The notes beneath the pieces were generated by a model. That model saw only the letters and a list, made by a program, of their open reading frames with translations. It did no database searches and was not told the DNA's origin. This document shows, piece after piece, positions 30,155 through 40,444 of a DNA stretch of 64,000 nt. Both the position numbers and the translations under genes were made by a program. Positions within the stretch are counted from its first letter, which is position 1. Each line of letters starts with the position of its first letter. Source of the DNA: Candidatus Cloacimonadales bacterium. GTDB lineage: Bacteria > Cloacimonadota > Cloacimonadia > Cloacimonadales > JAFGVF01. The stretch lies in the NCBI GenBank assembly GCA_963677495.2, contig CAXXOU010000003.1, positions 352,001 through 416,000 on the forward strand. Reading direction: 5' to 3'.

Positions 30155-30183
30155 AAGGCTGTTGATTGTCTCAACAGCCTTTG
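30155..30183. terminator. terminator between convergent genes
   Basis: AAGGCTGTTGA-TTGTC-TCAACAGCCTT. Confidence 0.75.
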
Positions 30184-30187
30184 CTTA

Positions 30188-31528
30188 TTAATGTTTCAGA
30201 CCTAGGTCTTTTATCTTTCTCGATAAATTGCTTTGTTGTAACCCCAAGGCATGAGCAGTTTTGGTAATATTCCACTCATACTTTTTAAGCTGTTCTGAGA
30301 GGTACCGCTTCTCACACTGAGCTTTCTTCTCCTGATATGGTATAGATTCAGACCAAAACTCATGCTCAGAGGAGAACTCATCCGGATTGATTGCTAAATC
30401 ACACTTGTCGATTACTGGACCATCAGTGAAAATATATAGCCTTTCAATTAGATTTCTTAACTGCCTGACATTGCCTGGGAAAGCTACTTTACATAGACTT
30501 TCAAGAACTGCATCAGATATCTGTTTGACAGGCATATTCATCTCATTTGCGAAAAGCATCGAAAAATATTGGGCTAGTACAGGAATGTCATCTCTTCTTT
30601 CTCTTAAAGGAGGAATGGTAATTGGTACAACATTCAATCTGTAATAAAGATCTTCTCTAAATGTTCCTTTGCTAACCATTTCTTCCAGATTTTTATGAGT
30701 TGCAGCTACAACTCGAGTTTCAATGCGAATAGGCTTATTTGAACCCACTCTTTCAAACTCACCCTCTTGAATTACACGTAATATTTTTGCTTGAGCAGAA
30801 AGGTTCATATCGCCGATTTCATCAAGAAACAGTGTTCCACCATCCGCCTCTTCTATCTTACCTTTCTTACTGCCAACAGCACCAGTAAATGCACCTTTCT
30901 CATAACCGAACAATTCACTTTCAACTAGTTCCGCAGGGATAGCGGCACTGTTGAACCTAATGAAGTTCCCTTTTCGACCGCTTAATTTATGAATTGCCCA
31001 TGCAACCAGCTCTTTACCGGTTCCACTTTCCCCCCTGATTAAGACTTTGGAATTGGTTGGTGCAACCCTTTCTATACGTACTTTCAACTCTTTTATGGAC
31101 TGACTAACACCCACCATTCGGTACTTGCTTTCAGCATCTTTTTGGAGCTTCTTTATTCCTTGAGTCAAGCGAAGGATTTTCAGGTTACGTTGAAGGGTTA
31201 GTCTTACCATAGGCAATGAGAGTGGTTTTTCAAGAAAGTCAACTGCACCAGTCTTTAATGCTTTTACAGCAAGAGGTATATTCCCGTGACCTGAAATCAT
31301 TACAATTGGGCAACTATATCCACTGTTCCTGATAACTTCGAGTAAATCTAGCCCACTCTTATCAGGTAGCTTCACATCCAGAAAGAGCATATCAGGATTG
31401 AAAGATGTAAGTTTCTTCAGACCATCTTCAGCAGTGAACGCAACATCTGCTGAATAGCCTTCTTCTTCAGAAATCTCTTTTAGAAGTCGACAAATATTCT
31501 TCTCATCATCAATTATTAGTACTTTCAT
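30188..31528 (-). CDS. sigma54-dependent response regulator (NtrC/NtrX family)
   Basis: Receiver domain, GESGTGKE, intact GAFTGA, FLDEIGD, C-terminal Fis-type HTH. Confidence 0.95.
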   Translation of the reverse strand: MKVLIIDDEKNICRLLKEISEEEGYSADVAFTAEDGLKKLTSFNPDMLFLDVKLPDKSGLDLLEVIRNSGYSCPIVMISGHGNIPLAVKALKTGAVDFLEKPLSLPMVRLTLQRNLKILRLTQGIKKLQKDAESKYRMVGVSQSIKELKVRIERVAPTNSKVLIRGESGTGKELVAWAIHKLSGRKGNFIRFNSAAIPAELVESELFGYEKGAFTGAVGSKKGKIEEADGGTLFLDEIGDMNLSAQAKILRVIQEGEFERVGSNKPIRIETRVVAATHKNLEEMVSKGTFREDLYYRLNVVPITIPPLRERRDDIPVLAQYFSMLFANEMNMPVKQISDAVLESLCKVAFPGNVRQLRNLIERLYIFTDGPVIDKCDLAINPDEFSSEHEFWSESIPYQEKKAQCEKRYLSEQLKKYEWNITKTAHALGLQQSNLSRKIKDLGLKH

Positions 31529-32672
31529 CAGACCTCTCCAATGTGATTATAAACTTAGTTCCTTCCCCTAACTGACTATCAACCCAGACATCACCGGCAT
31601 TAGCAGTAATCAACTTCTTCACAACTGATAAACCTAGTCCCGTACCATTCTGTTTCTTAGTAAAATACGGATCGAAGATTCTTGGTAAATCTTCTCCTGC
31701 AATACCGGAGCCCTTATCCTCAATAACTAGCAGAACGCGCCCGACCTTACTATTCAACCTGATTTGGACACAACCTTTTTCCGAACAGGCATCGAGAGCA
31801 TTCTGCAAAAGGTTTGTAAATATCTGATAAAAGTGGTTTCGATCAAAGCAGATATGTGCACTCTCATCTAGGTCTGTACCGATTTCATATCTTCCTGAGT
31901 AACCGGTTATAATCTCTTTGATTAGTGTTGCAGGTGCAAAAATAGTTTTGTCTGGTTCTACTGGTCGTGCAAAATCCGAGAAGTTTCTTGAAATAGCTAG
32001 AAGGTTCTCAATCTCATGGTTTATTACCTCTAATGCTGATGGGAAATATGTTTGGAAAGAATCTTTATCAGCTATGTACTTCTCTTCTAATCGTTCTAAA
32101 GCAAGTTTTATAGGAGTAAGTGGATTTTTTATTTCATGTGCAAGTATTCGTGAAAGGTCCTTCCAAAGTAACTCTTTTTCAGATGCAAGTAACTTTTGTT
32201 GAGTAGTTTCTAACTCTTCAGACATCATGTTAAAAGATTTCTTCAGGTCTCTTAGTTCCGGAATACCCTTTTCAGTTAAATGTACATTGAAGTTTCCTGC
32301 TGAAATCAAATCCGTTGCTTTCCTTAGCTCATATAGTGGTTTACTAATGGTGTTAATAATAAAAATGAATGTACTTATTCCGGCTACGAACAGTATCAAT
32401 GCCCATACCCACGAATAAACTCTCATTTTAATGAGAGATGTACCAGAGGCTGCTCTTGCTTGTAAATAATTGTTGAGTAGTTTCTCTGCTTTAACTGAAT
32501 CCTGAGCTGTTGTGTATGAAGCATCAGATAAAAACTCTTCCAACCCTAAGTTCTCATAAACAATACCTATATCATTTTGTCCATCTTGAACTACCTTGTT
32601 AAGTAACCATATACTTCCCGAAAAGAGAAGAATAAAGACTATTATTAAGTAATACTTCAAACCTATCTTCAT
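31509..32672 (-). CDS. HAMP-domain sensor histidine kinase (NtrY-like)
   Basis: 2 TM, HAMP, LAHEIKNPLTPI, NLLQNA, GTGLGL. Confidence 0.93.
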   Translation of the reverse strand: MKIGLKYYLIIVFILLFSGSIWLLNKVVQDGQNDIGIVYENLGLEEFLSDASYTTAQDSVKAEKLLNNYLQARAASGTSLIKMRVYSWVWALILFVAGISTFIFIINTISKPLYELRKATDLISAGNFNVHLTEKGIPELRDLKKSFNMMSEELETTQQKLLASEKELLWKDLSRILAHEIKNPLTPIKLALERLEEKYIADKDSFQTYFPSALEVINHEIENLLAISRNFSDFARPVEPDKTIFAPATLIKEIITGYSGRYEIGTDLDESAHICFDRNHFYQIFTNLLQNALDACSEKGCVQIRLNSKVGRVLLVIEDKGSGIAGEDLPRIFDPYFTKKQNGTGLGLSVVKKLITANAGDVWVDSQLGEGTKFIITLERSDESTNN

Positions 32673-33214
32673 TGTAGATCCACCGGATTAAGTTTAATGG
32701 TAAGTTCTGGAAGTTTATTTTTCCAGAGTAGATTAAGATCAAACTCCTTTTGTTGTGATGCAAAGAACAGCTTGTTCAGTTTAGCACTTATCTTTATGAT
32801 GCAATTATCACAATCTGGGAGTGGCAACAACTTATCGAACTGAGCAAATGCTTCTACCATTTCATCGATCTCAGAAAAGTATTTTGTCAACCCTCCCGAA
32901 TCGCTTTTCAGCTCGTAGGTTCTATCCATTGGGTTATATTCAACTGTTAAGTTATGGGTAAAGTTTGAGTGCTGTTCCCCATCTGCAATTATAACAACTG
33001 TATAATCAAGACTTACCTCTTCTCCGGACTTAAAAACATCCTCGAAGTCGTTATCAAATGCACCCACTAACTCAGTTTTACAGCTGATACCTTTGTTATG
33101 CAACTCCAATTGAGGTGTATTGAAAGATGCATTGTTACCTTCATAAGATGAAAATAACAGAAATGAAAGTGAGATTACTCCTTTCACAAGCTTATCAGCT
33201 AATTTTTCAAACAT
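32669..33214 (-). CDS. exported protein, DUF4390-like
   Basis: Overlaps the kinase gene. Hydrophobic N-terminus and 'VEYNPMDRTY'. Position matches DUF4390-ntrY-ntrX synteny. Confidence 0.6.
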   Translation of the reverse strand: MFEKLADKLVKGVISLSFLLFSSYEGNNASFNTPQLELHNKGISCKTELVGAFDNDFEDVFKSGEEVSLDYTVVIIADGEQHSNFTHNLTVEYNPMDRTYELKSDSGGLTKYFSEIDEMVEAFAQFDKLLPLPDCDNCIIKISAKLNKLFFASQQKEFDLNLLWKNKLPELTIKLNPVDLQ

Positions 33215-33333
33215 GGATATTACCTCTACAATATTTTTGCCTTGTATCCCTTCTTGGCAACCTTTTTCCTAAAAAAATGAGGAGAGGCCCCACCAATTTG
33301 GTAAGGCCCGACCCTGACCGCTTAGAGAATTAA

Positions 33334-34602
33334 TTAAAACTGAACCCAAGGACCAACAGTGAATGCATACCCGTTCATTGTTGTCTCAGGTGAATTATCT
33401 ATAATGAAGTTACCACTTGTTTCAGTCCAGCCTGGTTTAGAGCTATATCCAATCATATAGGCACCTTCAGCTCTGATTCCAAGCCATGAAAGTATGCCCA
33501 CGTAGAGTTCAACTCTTGGTTGTACTATAAAGAAGCTTCTTTTCATTTCCATTGCATTATTACTATCTGAATCAAATTGTGTGTTTAAATCAGTCCAATC
33601 ATATTCACCATTAGTTTGAGTAAATTTGATAGTTTGGCTACCTGCACCAAGTACAACACCTAACGCTGGCTGTACCCATTTACCAAGCATGAACTTCTTA
33701 TCAAGAGTCACACCACCCCAACCACTTGAAAACTTCATTCTTCTGGTTACATTGAAATCTTTTGAACCTTTCATGTAGTCATGTGGCTGAGTAGGATCTG
33801 TTTGTCCTGTAGTTGTAACTGTATGTCCGACTTTACGATTTATATGATATCCGGCTCCCATACCACCAATATAAAAACCTTTTCCAACATTCGCTCTTGC
33901 AGCAAAGCCATTATACAACATTCCATCTTCATCAAGGTTATTGAACTCCATGTTGTTCATTACATGGTTTAGATCATCAATATCATCCATCATATACCAA
34001 TAAGGAGTATACATAAACTCTACATGCGGATACGATGTTTTTTTCTTTTTAGTACTATCTCCACCTTTCTTGGTAATAATCGTTTTCTTTTCAGGTTTTC
34101 TACCGAAAGTGAAGCTTATCTCTTTCTCAACTTCATTAGAGAATATTTTAATGGGTACTGTCTGGTCAGGCATATATGATGCTACTATCTTTACGAACTT
34201 ATCCTTATCAGTACATTTCTTTCCATCAATAGACATTAAAATATCATCAGCAGCGAGTCCATGCTGATGGGCAGCTGAACCGGCTCCGGTTCCTGTAATC
34301 AATACACCATAATTATATGGATAGTTCAACGCTCTAACTTTCTTTAAAGTTAAATCTTCATAATACACACCAAGATATGCCCTATCTCCTGATGTCGCAG
34401 TTAAAGTGTTGATAGTAATGACTTGATCATCACCAAGTTTTTCAACCTTCATCTCAATCTCTTCACCCATTGCTTCAAGCTTTTCGCCTAATGCTTCCAT
34501 TTTAACTTCCAATTCCTCAGCATTCTCCGCTTCAACTGTAACAGCTAATAACCAAACTAGCGGAAACAAAGCTACTAGTAAGAGTACAAATAATTTCTTC
34601 AT
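33334..34602 (-). CDS. secreted PDZ-domain protein with C-terminal outer-membrane beta-barrel-like domain
   Basis: Start at ATG 34602 (GGAGGA RBS, MKKLF signal peptide). AYLGV..GVLI..GSAA..GL..DDIL.SIDG PDZ; amphipathic strands; terminal Phe. Confidence 0.75.
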   Translation of the reverse strand: MKKLFVLLLVALFPLVWLLAVTVEAENAEELEVKMEALGEKLEAMGEEIEMKVEKLGDDQVITINTLTATSGDRAYLGVYYEDLTLKKVRALNYPYNYGVLITGTGAGSAAHQHGLAADDILMSIDGKKCTDKDKFVKIVASYMPDQTVPIKIFSNEVEKEISFTFGRKPEKKTIITKKGGDSTKKKKTSYPHVEFMYTPYWYMMDDIDDLNHVMNNMEFNNLDEDGMLYNGFAARANVGKGFYIGGMGAGYHINRKVGHTVTTTGQTDPTQPHDYMKGSKDFNVTRRMKFSSGWGGVTLDKKFMLGKWVQPALGVVLGAGSQTIKFTQTNGEYDWTDLNTQFDSDSNNAMEMKRSFFIVQPRVELYVGILSWLGIRAEGAYMIGYSSKPGWTETSGNFIIDNSPETTMNGYAFTVGPWVQF

Positions 34603-34640
34603 TTTATCCTCCCGTGTGTTTTTCTTACTCTTTCTTTTAT

Positions 34641-34657
34641 CGCATATTGCGTTCCAA
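34641..34657 (-). promoter_or_regulatory. sigma54 (-24/-12) promoter TTGGAACGCAATATGCG
   Basis: GG-N10-GC spacing, about 40 bp upstream of ATG 34602. Confidence 0.65.
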
Positions 34658-34741
34658 AGTTGCAGCATATCGCTATATCATTGCTAAACAAGCATTAATG
34701 CGAGACCGCAATCTTAATTACTCCTAATATTTTAGCTCAAA

Positions 34742-34781
34742 ATATATCAATATGATATATTCAGAATGTATTTATGATATA
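34742..34781. promoter_or_regulatory. putative enhancer sites for the sigma54 activator
   Basis: Palindrome ATATATCA-ATA-TGATATAT plus an adjacent degenerate copy, 85-125 bp upstream of the -24 box. Confidence 0.5.
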
Positions 34782-34897
34782 GATTTGATCAAGTAAGATA
34801 CTGGCTATGTAAAATTAGCATAGCTTAAATTGCTATTAAAACAAATCCTTTGACAAAGAGATTAGTAAGTTATCAATAGTAATAAAATGGAGGAGAA

Positions 34898-35260
34898 ATG
34901 ATTGAATTAACATTTGAAAGGTTCGTTGAGATAGTAGGTAGCTCAGTAAAAACAAATAATTTGAGACTTGAAAAGCCAATGATGATAAACTTCTATGCCT
35001 CATGGTGTCCAGTATGTCAAGAAGTGATGGAGATCGTTGAGAAAATAGAGGGAGAATATGAGAAGGTCGATAGTTTCAAAGTGGATACTGACGAAGATGT
35101 AATCTTATCCTCCTTTTTCGGTGTTGTAAGTCTACCGACAATAGTCTTGTTTTCAAATGGGGAAAAACCAGTCTTACTAAAAGGCAGGAAAAGTGAAGGT
35201 GAATTACGCAAGATGTTTGAAGATACTATAATGAAACATGAACAAGCAAACTTAAGTTGA
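34898..35260 (+). CDS. thioredoxin family protein
   Basis: FYASWCPVC and SLPT cis-Pro motif. Confidence 0.9.
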   Translation: MIELTFERFVEIVGSSVKTNNLRLEKPMMINFYASWCPVCQEVMEIVEKIEGEYEKVDSFKVDTDEDVILSSFFGVVSLPTIVLFSNGEKPVLLKGRKSEGELRKMFEDTIMKHEQANLS

Positions 35261-35294
35261 CACATATCTTATGTTATTATGTTTGCGATGATAT

Positions 35295-36683
35295 ATGAGG
35301 ATTATGATGAAAAGAAGTATAATATTAGCTATAATTTGTTTAGCATTCCTATCTGCCTGTAATGATAAAGGCTGGAAAGTGGTGGATGGGAAATTCCACA
35401 GAATTGATACTCTTGCTAAACTAAAGGAGATGTCTGATTTTAACTTTACTGTAATGGGTGAGAATGAAGGCCTTGCTTTAAGCAATAATAATTTCAAGAA
35501 ACTAACTGAATTTACTGGGAACAATGATACAGCCTTTATACTTGGTACAGGTGACCACTTAAACAATCAAAAACAGGATGAGTTCATTAAATACGTTGGT
35601 GATAACAATTGGTGGAAAACAAGATTCTTTCCAAATATATCAACATATGAGAATGAGTTTTTTGGCTCTAAATACTCCGATTGGAACTCTGGTAAGAAGA
35701 TGATAGAATCTCTTAAATTCCCTGTATATAGTGAGACCAAGTTTTTTAATAACGGTGCTGATTATTATGTAAAAGTTAAAGAGGCATTCTACACAATCCA
35801 TCTCTTCCAGCTTCATAATCATGAACGAGAAGGAATATGTCAGGAAAAAACCGATCTTTATAAATGGTTATTTGATGAGGTATCAGGTATTAACAAAACG
35901 GAAAGGGACTTCATAATAATCTCAGGTCGTGGTTTAGCTCAAAGCTTTTCAACTGATATGCATATAGATAACTACAAATTATTGAAGAACAAGTCAGACT
36001 TGATTATATCTGATGACTTCAGTCCATTTCAGACCTCATATAAAGAAAGTGAAGCTGTTGTTATGAATGCTAGTTCCATAATCAATAATAGCAAATATAC
36101 ACCTGCAGGATTTGTTCAAGTATATCACCTAATTGAACCCTCTGCTTTTGTTATACTAAACCTTAATGTTGAAGAAGATAAGCTTAGATTACCATCTGAG
36201 GGTAACTCAATAATTAAATATGTTAATGGTACTTCTGAACCACTCTTCCTTAGAGAAGCTGAAGAACATGAGCTACCTGATAGAGCTATTTGTGAGTTGA
36301 ATAGAGACTTTACCAAAGAAGAACTACAGACTATAGCTGAAAAGCTTTATGCAGGTGTTGGTGAAAATGATAAGACATGGGTGATCGTAGAATCAGGACT
36401 TGATAAGGGTGTTATAAAATACAGTGACCTATGGAATGTTTTCCCCAGAAATGGAGAAGTTTATATACTGAATCTTTCATATAATCAATTAAGAAAAACA
36501 TTTGGAAAGAATATGATTCTTGATACTAAAGGGGATTATAGAGTTGCTATTGGTGATTATTTTGGGGATTATCTTATAAATACCTTTAATCTTTCGGAAG
36601 AGAGAATCCAAAAAACCGGTAAAGAAGAGATAAAACTACTTGAGACATATCTTAAGGCTACACAGAGACCGATTCGACCTTAA
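35295..36683 (+). CDS. lipoprotein with degenerate metallophosphoesterase-like and 5'-nucleotidase C-terminal-like regions
   Basis: Lipobox LSAC; FTVMGE..LGTGDH; 'GLDKGVIKYSDLWNVFP'. The true start is probably a few codons downstream. Confidence 0.6.
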   Translation: MRIMMKRSIILAIICLAFLSACNDKGWKVVDGKFHRIDTLAKLKEMSDFNFTVMGENEGLALSNNNFKKLTEFTGNNDTAFILGTGDHLNNQKQDEFIKYVGDNNWWKTRFFPNISTYENEFFGSKYSDWNSGKKMIESLKFPVYSETKFFNNGADYYVKVKEAFYTIHLFQLHNHEREGICQEKTDLYKWLFDEVSGINKTERDFIIISGRGLAQSFSTDMHIDNYKLLKNKSDLIISDDFSPFQTSYKESEAVVMNASSIINNSKYTPAGFVQVYHLIEPSAFVILNLNVEEDKLRLPSEGNSIIKYVNGTSEPLFLREAEEHELPDRAICELNRDFTKEELQTIAEKLYAGVGENDKTWVIVESGLDKGVIKYSDLWNVFPRNGEVYILNLSYNQLRKTFGKNMILDTKGDYRVAIGDYFGDYLINTFNLSEERIQKTGKEEIKLLETYLKATQRPIRP

Positions 36684-37750
36684 AGAAACGATTTAATAGT
36701 TTTAGATACAAGTTTAGTCAGATCAGATAATGTCCCTTTAGGGGCATTATCTTTTTGTTTTATAGCATAGATATTCGTTACATCAACATCTGAAACTCCG
36801 CAATAATAGACAACTTCTTTTCCATATTTGTTAGACAACTGCTGAATCTGATATGGTAGCTTACCGTGTCTTGTTTGCTCATCTATCTTACCTTCTCCAG
36901 TAATGACAAGATCAGCTCTTTCAATCAATTGTTCAATATTAGATATGATTTTCATTAACTTGAAGCCAGATTCCATTCTACAATCGAAGAGCGATAAAAG
37001 ACTGAGAGGGATCCCTCCCGCTGAACCACAGCCACTTAAGTGTGACACATCATTATCGGTAATCTTTTTTAATAGATTTGAGTAGTTATTTAGACCATCT
37101 TCAAGGATAACCATATCTTCCTCATATGCACCCTTTTGTTTAGAGTAGCTATAGACTGCACCATTCCCCCCAAGTAGTGGATTGCTAACATCTGTTGCAA
37201 GTACAAACTTCACATTTCTGAAATACTGAGCTACTGATGTATCTATTTCAACTATATTTCTTAAGTTGCCACCATTGGGAATCACTTTGTTACCTTTAGA
37301 ATCATAGAAAACTACTCCTAATGCATGTAAGATCCCGCTTCCACCATCACTAGTAGCAGTTCCACCTAATGTTAGGTAGATTTCATTACAGCCATTCTTT
37401 ATCGCTGACTTTATTTGCAACCCTGTCCCATAACTACTTGCTTTTAAAGGAGCTAATTCATTTAGCAGATGTAATCCTGAAGCTTGAGCAACTTCAATGT
37501 AAGCACAATTGTCGGCTTTCAGCCAGTTAGTATTAATAGCTTTACCAATCGGATCGACTGTAACACAACTCATTATGTGAACATCCAGATAATAGTTGAT
37601 TACTTCAAGTGCACCATCTCCCCCATCAGACATTGGAAGAAGCATTGTTTCAATGCTTTCATCTACTAAGTTGATACCTTCCTGAATAGCTTTGCCCACT
37701 TGTAGGCTAGAATAAGTCCCTTTGAAAGAATCAGGGGCAATGAGAATCAT
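36680..37750 (-). CDS. glxK: glycerate kinase
   Basis: IAPDSFKG, SDGGDG, LGGTATSDGG, ITGEGKID.QT..GK. Confidence 0.92.
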   Translation of the reverse strand: MILIAPDSFKGTYSSLQVGKAIQEGINLVDESIETMLLPMSDGGDGALEVINYYLDVHIMSCVTVDPIGKAINTNWLKADNCAYIEVAQASGLHLLNELAPLKASSYGTGLQIKSAIKNGCNEIYLTLGGTATSDGGSGILHALGVVFYDSKGNKVIPNGGNLRNIVEIDTSVAQYFRNVKFVLATDVSNPLLGGNGAVYSYSKQKGAYEEDMVILEDGLNNYSNLLKKITDNDVSHLSGCGSAGGIPLSLLSLFDCRMESGFKLMKIISNIEQLIERADLVITGEGKIDEQTRHGKLPYQIQQLSNKYGKEVVYYCGVSDVDVTNIYAIKQKDNAPKGTLSDLTKLVSKTIKSFL

Positions 37751-38562
37751 CTTTCAGCCTTGAGAAGCATGAATAATCTTTGTAGGTTCAGTTCATGCAT
37801 TTTAGGCACCCATAAATCAGATTCCTTTATATTAGGAAGTACAGAATCAATCTTCAGCTCATTTATGAAGGATTCTAAGTCTATCTTACGATCAATACTC
37901 AGTAAATACTCTGCTTGTGAAATACTATTTTCCAAATATGTTATTCCAAGTTCAAGAAAACCAATTCCTACCGGTTGCCCATGTCCCGGGATTATAGTCT
38001 CTATACTGAGTTCTTTTATCTTGGTTAGTGACTCTAAAAGGCTATGTGGATTATCCCAATAGTAGTATGGTAATGTTATACCTGGTCCGTTAAGAACTGT
38101 GTCTCCGGCAATTAGGATTCGTTTATCTTTGAGCAATACAACAGATGAATCAGGTGAATGCCCGGGAGTATGCATTATCTCAATATTATATTGAGATAAA
38201 GAATAATTATCATCAAATGTAATGGTTGGAGATACAACTTTTAGTTTTTTCTTTTCAACTGTTCGCTTTGATCGAAGCATGTTTCTTTCACGCAGAAGAG
38301 TGTTTATGCCATCAACATATCCAATAACTTTGGTTTTATCCGATATAAGAACAGGATTTCCATAACAATGATCACTATGGTAGTGAGTGTTGATAATATA
38401 ATCTACACCCTTTTGCTTAACAAGGGAATTGAGGTGCTGGATATCTTCAGGACTTTGCTGAGTATCAACAACTATAATATCCTCATTTGCCCTGATTATA
38501 GTTGAGTTTACTAAATTCCTTTCAGATTGATAGACATTAATACTATCTGTAATCTTTATCAT
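37747..38562 (-). CDS. MBL-fold metallo-hydrolase
   Basis: THYHSDH, TPGHS, AGD, IPGHG. Confidence 0.9.
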   Translation of the reverse strand: MIKITDSINVYQSERNLVNSTIIRANEDIIVVDTQQSPEDIQHLNSLVKQKGVDYIINTHYHSDHCYGNPVLISDKTKVIGYVDGINTLLRERNMLRSKRTVEKKKLKVVSPTITFDDNYSLSQYNIEIMHTPGHSPDSSVVLLKDKRILIAGDTVLNGPGITLPYYYWDNPHSLLESLTKIKELSIETIIPGHGQPVGIGFLELGITYLENSISQAEYLLSIDRKIDLESFINELKIDSVLPNIKESDLWVPKMHELNLQRLFMLLKAER

Positions 38563-38611
38563 AATTTTATATGAAAGAGCCGGTGGTTACCGACTCTTAA
38601 AATTATTTGCT

Positions 38612-39697
38612 CTATTTTATTAGTAACAGTGATTTAACCACAGTGTCAGAACTTGTGATTAGTTTGTAATAATAAACACCATTTGGCAATCTTTCATTGT
38701 TATCATCAGTACCGTTCCAAGTTATACTATGTTCTCCGGAAGTATTCATAGCGTTTACCAGACTACGTACTTTTCTGCCCTTAATATCATAGATAGAAAT
38801 ATTTACATTCTCATTTTGGGTAAGCTTGTAATCAATTTTAGTCTGAGGAGAGAATGGGTTAGGATAATTCTGTTTTAAGATAGGCTTAACAGCTTGCGTA
38901 TTTTCTGTTATATTAAGAGGATCGTCAACTGTAACTGTCCACGTATACTCCATAGTATGAACGCTATTATCAAAAACAACTTTAACTACATACTCACCTT
39001 CCGCTTCGAATGAATGAGAAAAGTCGAATAGAGAAACACCTTCAGAAACTAGCACATCATCAACATACCAGCTCATGGTTAGCGTATGATTAACTGAGAA
39101 TGCCAAAGCCATGAAATTTACTAACTCATCTACATCTACTGTGAAAGACTCTTCTGCCGGTTGAAGATGATTGATACTAATATCTATTACAGTAACGCTA
39201 TAAATCTCAACATCCACAATTGGTTTGTCATTTGAATCTGTTTCTACTTCAGAAATAGCAAAAACAACATCCATGCCTTCAATAATATGTCCAAATACTG
39301 AATGGGCATTATCAAGCCATGATGTTGGAGCTACTGTAATAAAGTATTGTGAGCCATTAGTATTAGGACCACTATTTGCCATTGAAAGCACACCCGGTAC
39401 ATCATGCACAAGGTCAGGATGGAACTCATCAGGAATTGTGTATCCCGGTCCACCATAACCGGTTCCTAAAGGGCAACCATCTTGAATCATGAAACCGGAA
39501 ATTACTCTATGGAAAATAAGATCATTATAGAAACCACTATTCGCTAAATCAATGAAGTTTCCTGCAATCCCCGGTACAAGATCTTCTCTCAACTCAGCTC
39601 TAAAGTTACCCATTGAGGTTTGCCATTCCACTTGTGTTTGTGCAAATAGGGCATTTATTACTATAAATAAAATTAAAACAATCAGTGTTCTTTTCAT
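38612..39697 (-). CDS. secreted cyclophilin-type peptidyl-prolyl isomerase with Ig/PKD-like domain and sorting tail
   Basis: Start at ATG 39697 (signal peptide). FHRVISGFMIQ, LSMANSGPNTNGSQYFIT, HSVFG; NYPNPFSP tail. Confidence 0.92.
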   Translation of the reverse strand: MKRTLIVLILFIVINALFAQTQVEWQTSMGNFRAELREDLVPGIAGNFIDLANSGFYNDLIFHRVISGFMIQDGCPLGTGYGGPGYTIPDEFHPDLVHDVPGVLSMANSGPNTNGSQYFITVAPTSWLDNAHSVFGHIIEGMDVVFAISEVETDSNDKPIVDVEIYSVTVIDISINHLQPAEESFTVDVDELVNFMALAFSVNHTLTMSWYVDDVLVSEGVSLFDFSHSFEAEGEYVVKVVFDNSVHTMEYTWTVTVDDPLNITENTQAVKPILKQNYPNPFSPQTKIDYKLTQNENVNISIYDIKGRKVRSLVNAMNTSGEHSITWNGTDDNNERLPNGVYYYKLITSSDTVVKSLLLIK

Positions 39698-40437
39698 AAC
39701 TTCTCCTTCAATAACAGTTCTTGAAAACGATTTATACATAACTCTCCTATAGGAGCAACTTTTTTCTCTAAAAGGAAGCTTTTGATTTCATCGAACTGAA
39801 GAAACTCTATCTCACTATGCTCATCAAAATCAATTGCTTCTCTCATCTTTTCTATTAACTCCTCAGATTTAATAGAAAGTTTTGTATATGTAAGCAATTC
39901 CGGTTTATGATAAATGTGATTGATTCCCAATCCAAGATATGATATCTCTTCGATATCTGCAGAATCTATGTTTAACTCTTCCTTTAACTCCTCTTTCATA
40001 AAGGAAGTTGGACTCATTCCATTCAAAACTCTCTCATCAAATGTACCCCCTACAACATGCCACTCTTCATTGCCTTCGGCTAGTGACTGACTTCGTTTTC
40101 CAATTACAATTAGGTTATCTGAAGTAATGGGGGCTGTACATATTGCAAGTGTATTAGTATACAATTCTGGTAGAATCTGTTTTATGTTTAGACAATAGAA
40201 TTCAGAGTAGTTACCTGGTTTAAGTGTAATTGTAAGAATTCCATCATCAAAACTATACTCCTCTAATATGGCATTAGTCCCATCAAAAAGGTGCTTAGAT
40301 TTGCTTAACGATTCCCAATAGCAACATACCTGCTTAATCACATCATCTGAGTAAATCGCATGTTCTTTATTAACAACTACTTTTACAGATTCTTCATTTC
40401 CAATGAAATCTATTAGTAACTCAGAATTCGGTACCAT
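39694..40437 (-). CDS. NUDIX-fold hydrolase-like protein
   Basis: ITSDN..VIG.RS and GG..D...EELKEELNI Nudix-like box. Confidence 0.7.
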   Translation of the reverse strand: MVPNSELLIDFIGNEESVKVVVNKEHAIYSDDVIKQVCCYWESLSKSKHLFDGTNAILEEYSFDDGILTITLKPGNYSEFYCLNIKQILPELYTNTLAICTAPITSDNLIVIGKRSQSLAEGNEEWHVVGGTFDERVLNGMSPTSFMKEELKEELNIDSADIEEISYLGLGINHIYHKPELLTYTKLSIKSEELIEKMREAIDFDEHSEIEFLQFDEIKSFLLEKKVAPIGELCINRFQELLLKEKL

Positions 40438-40444
40438 GTAAGAG

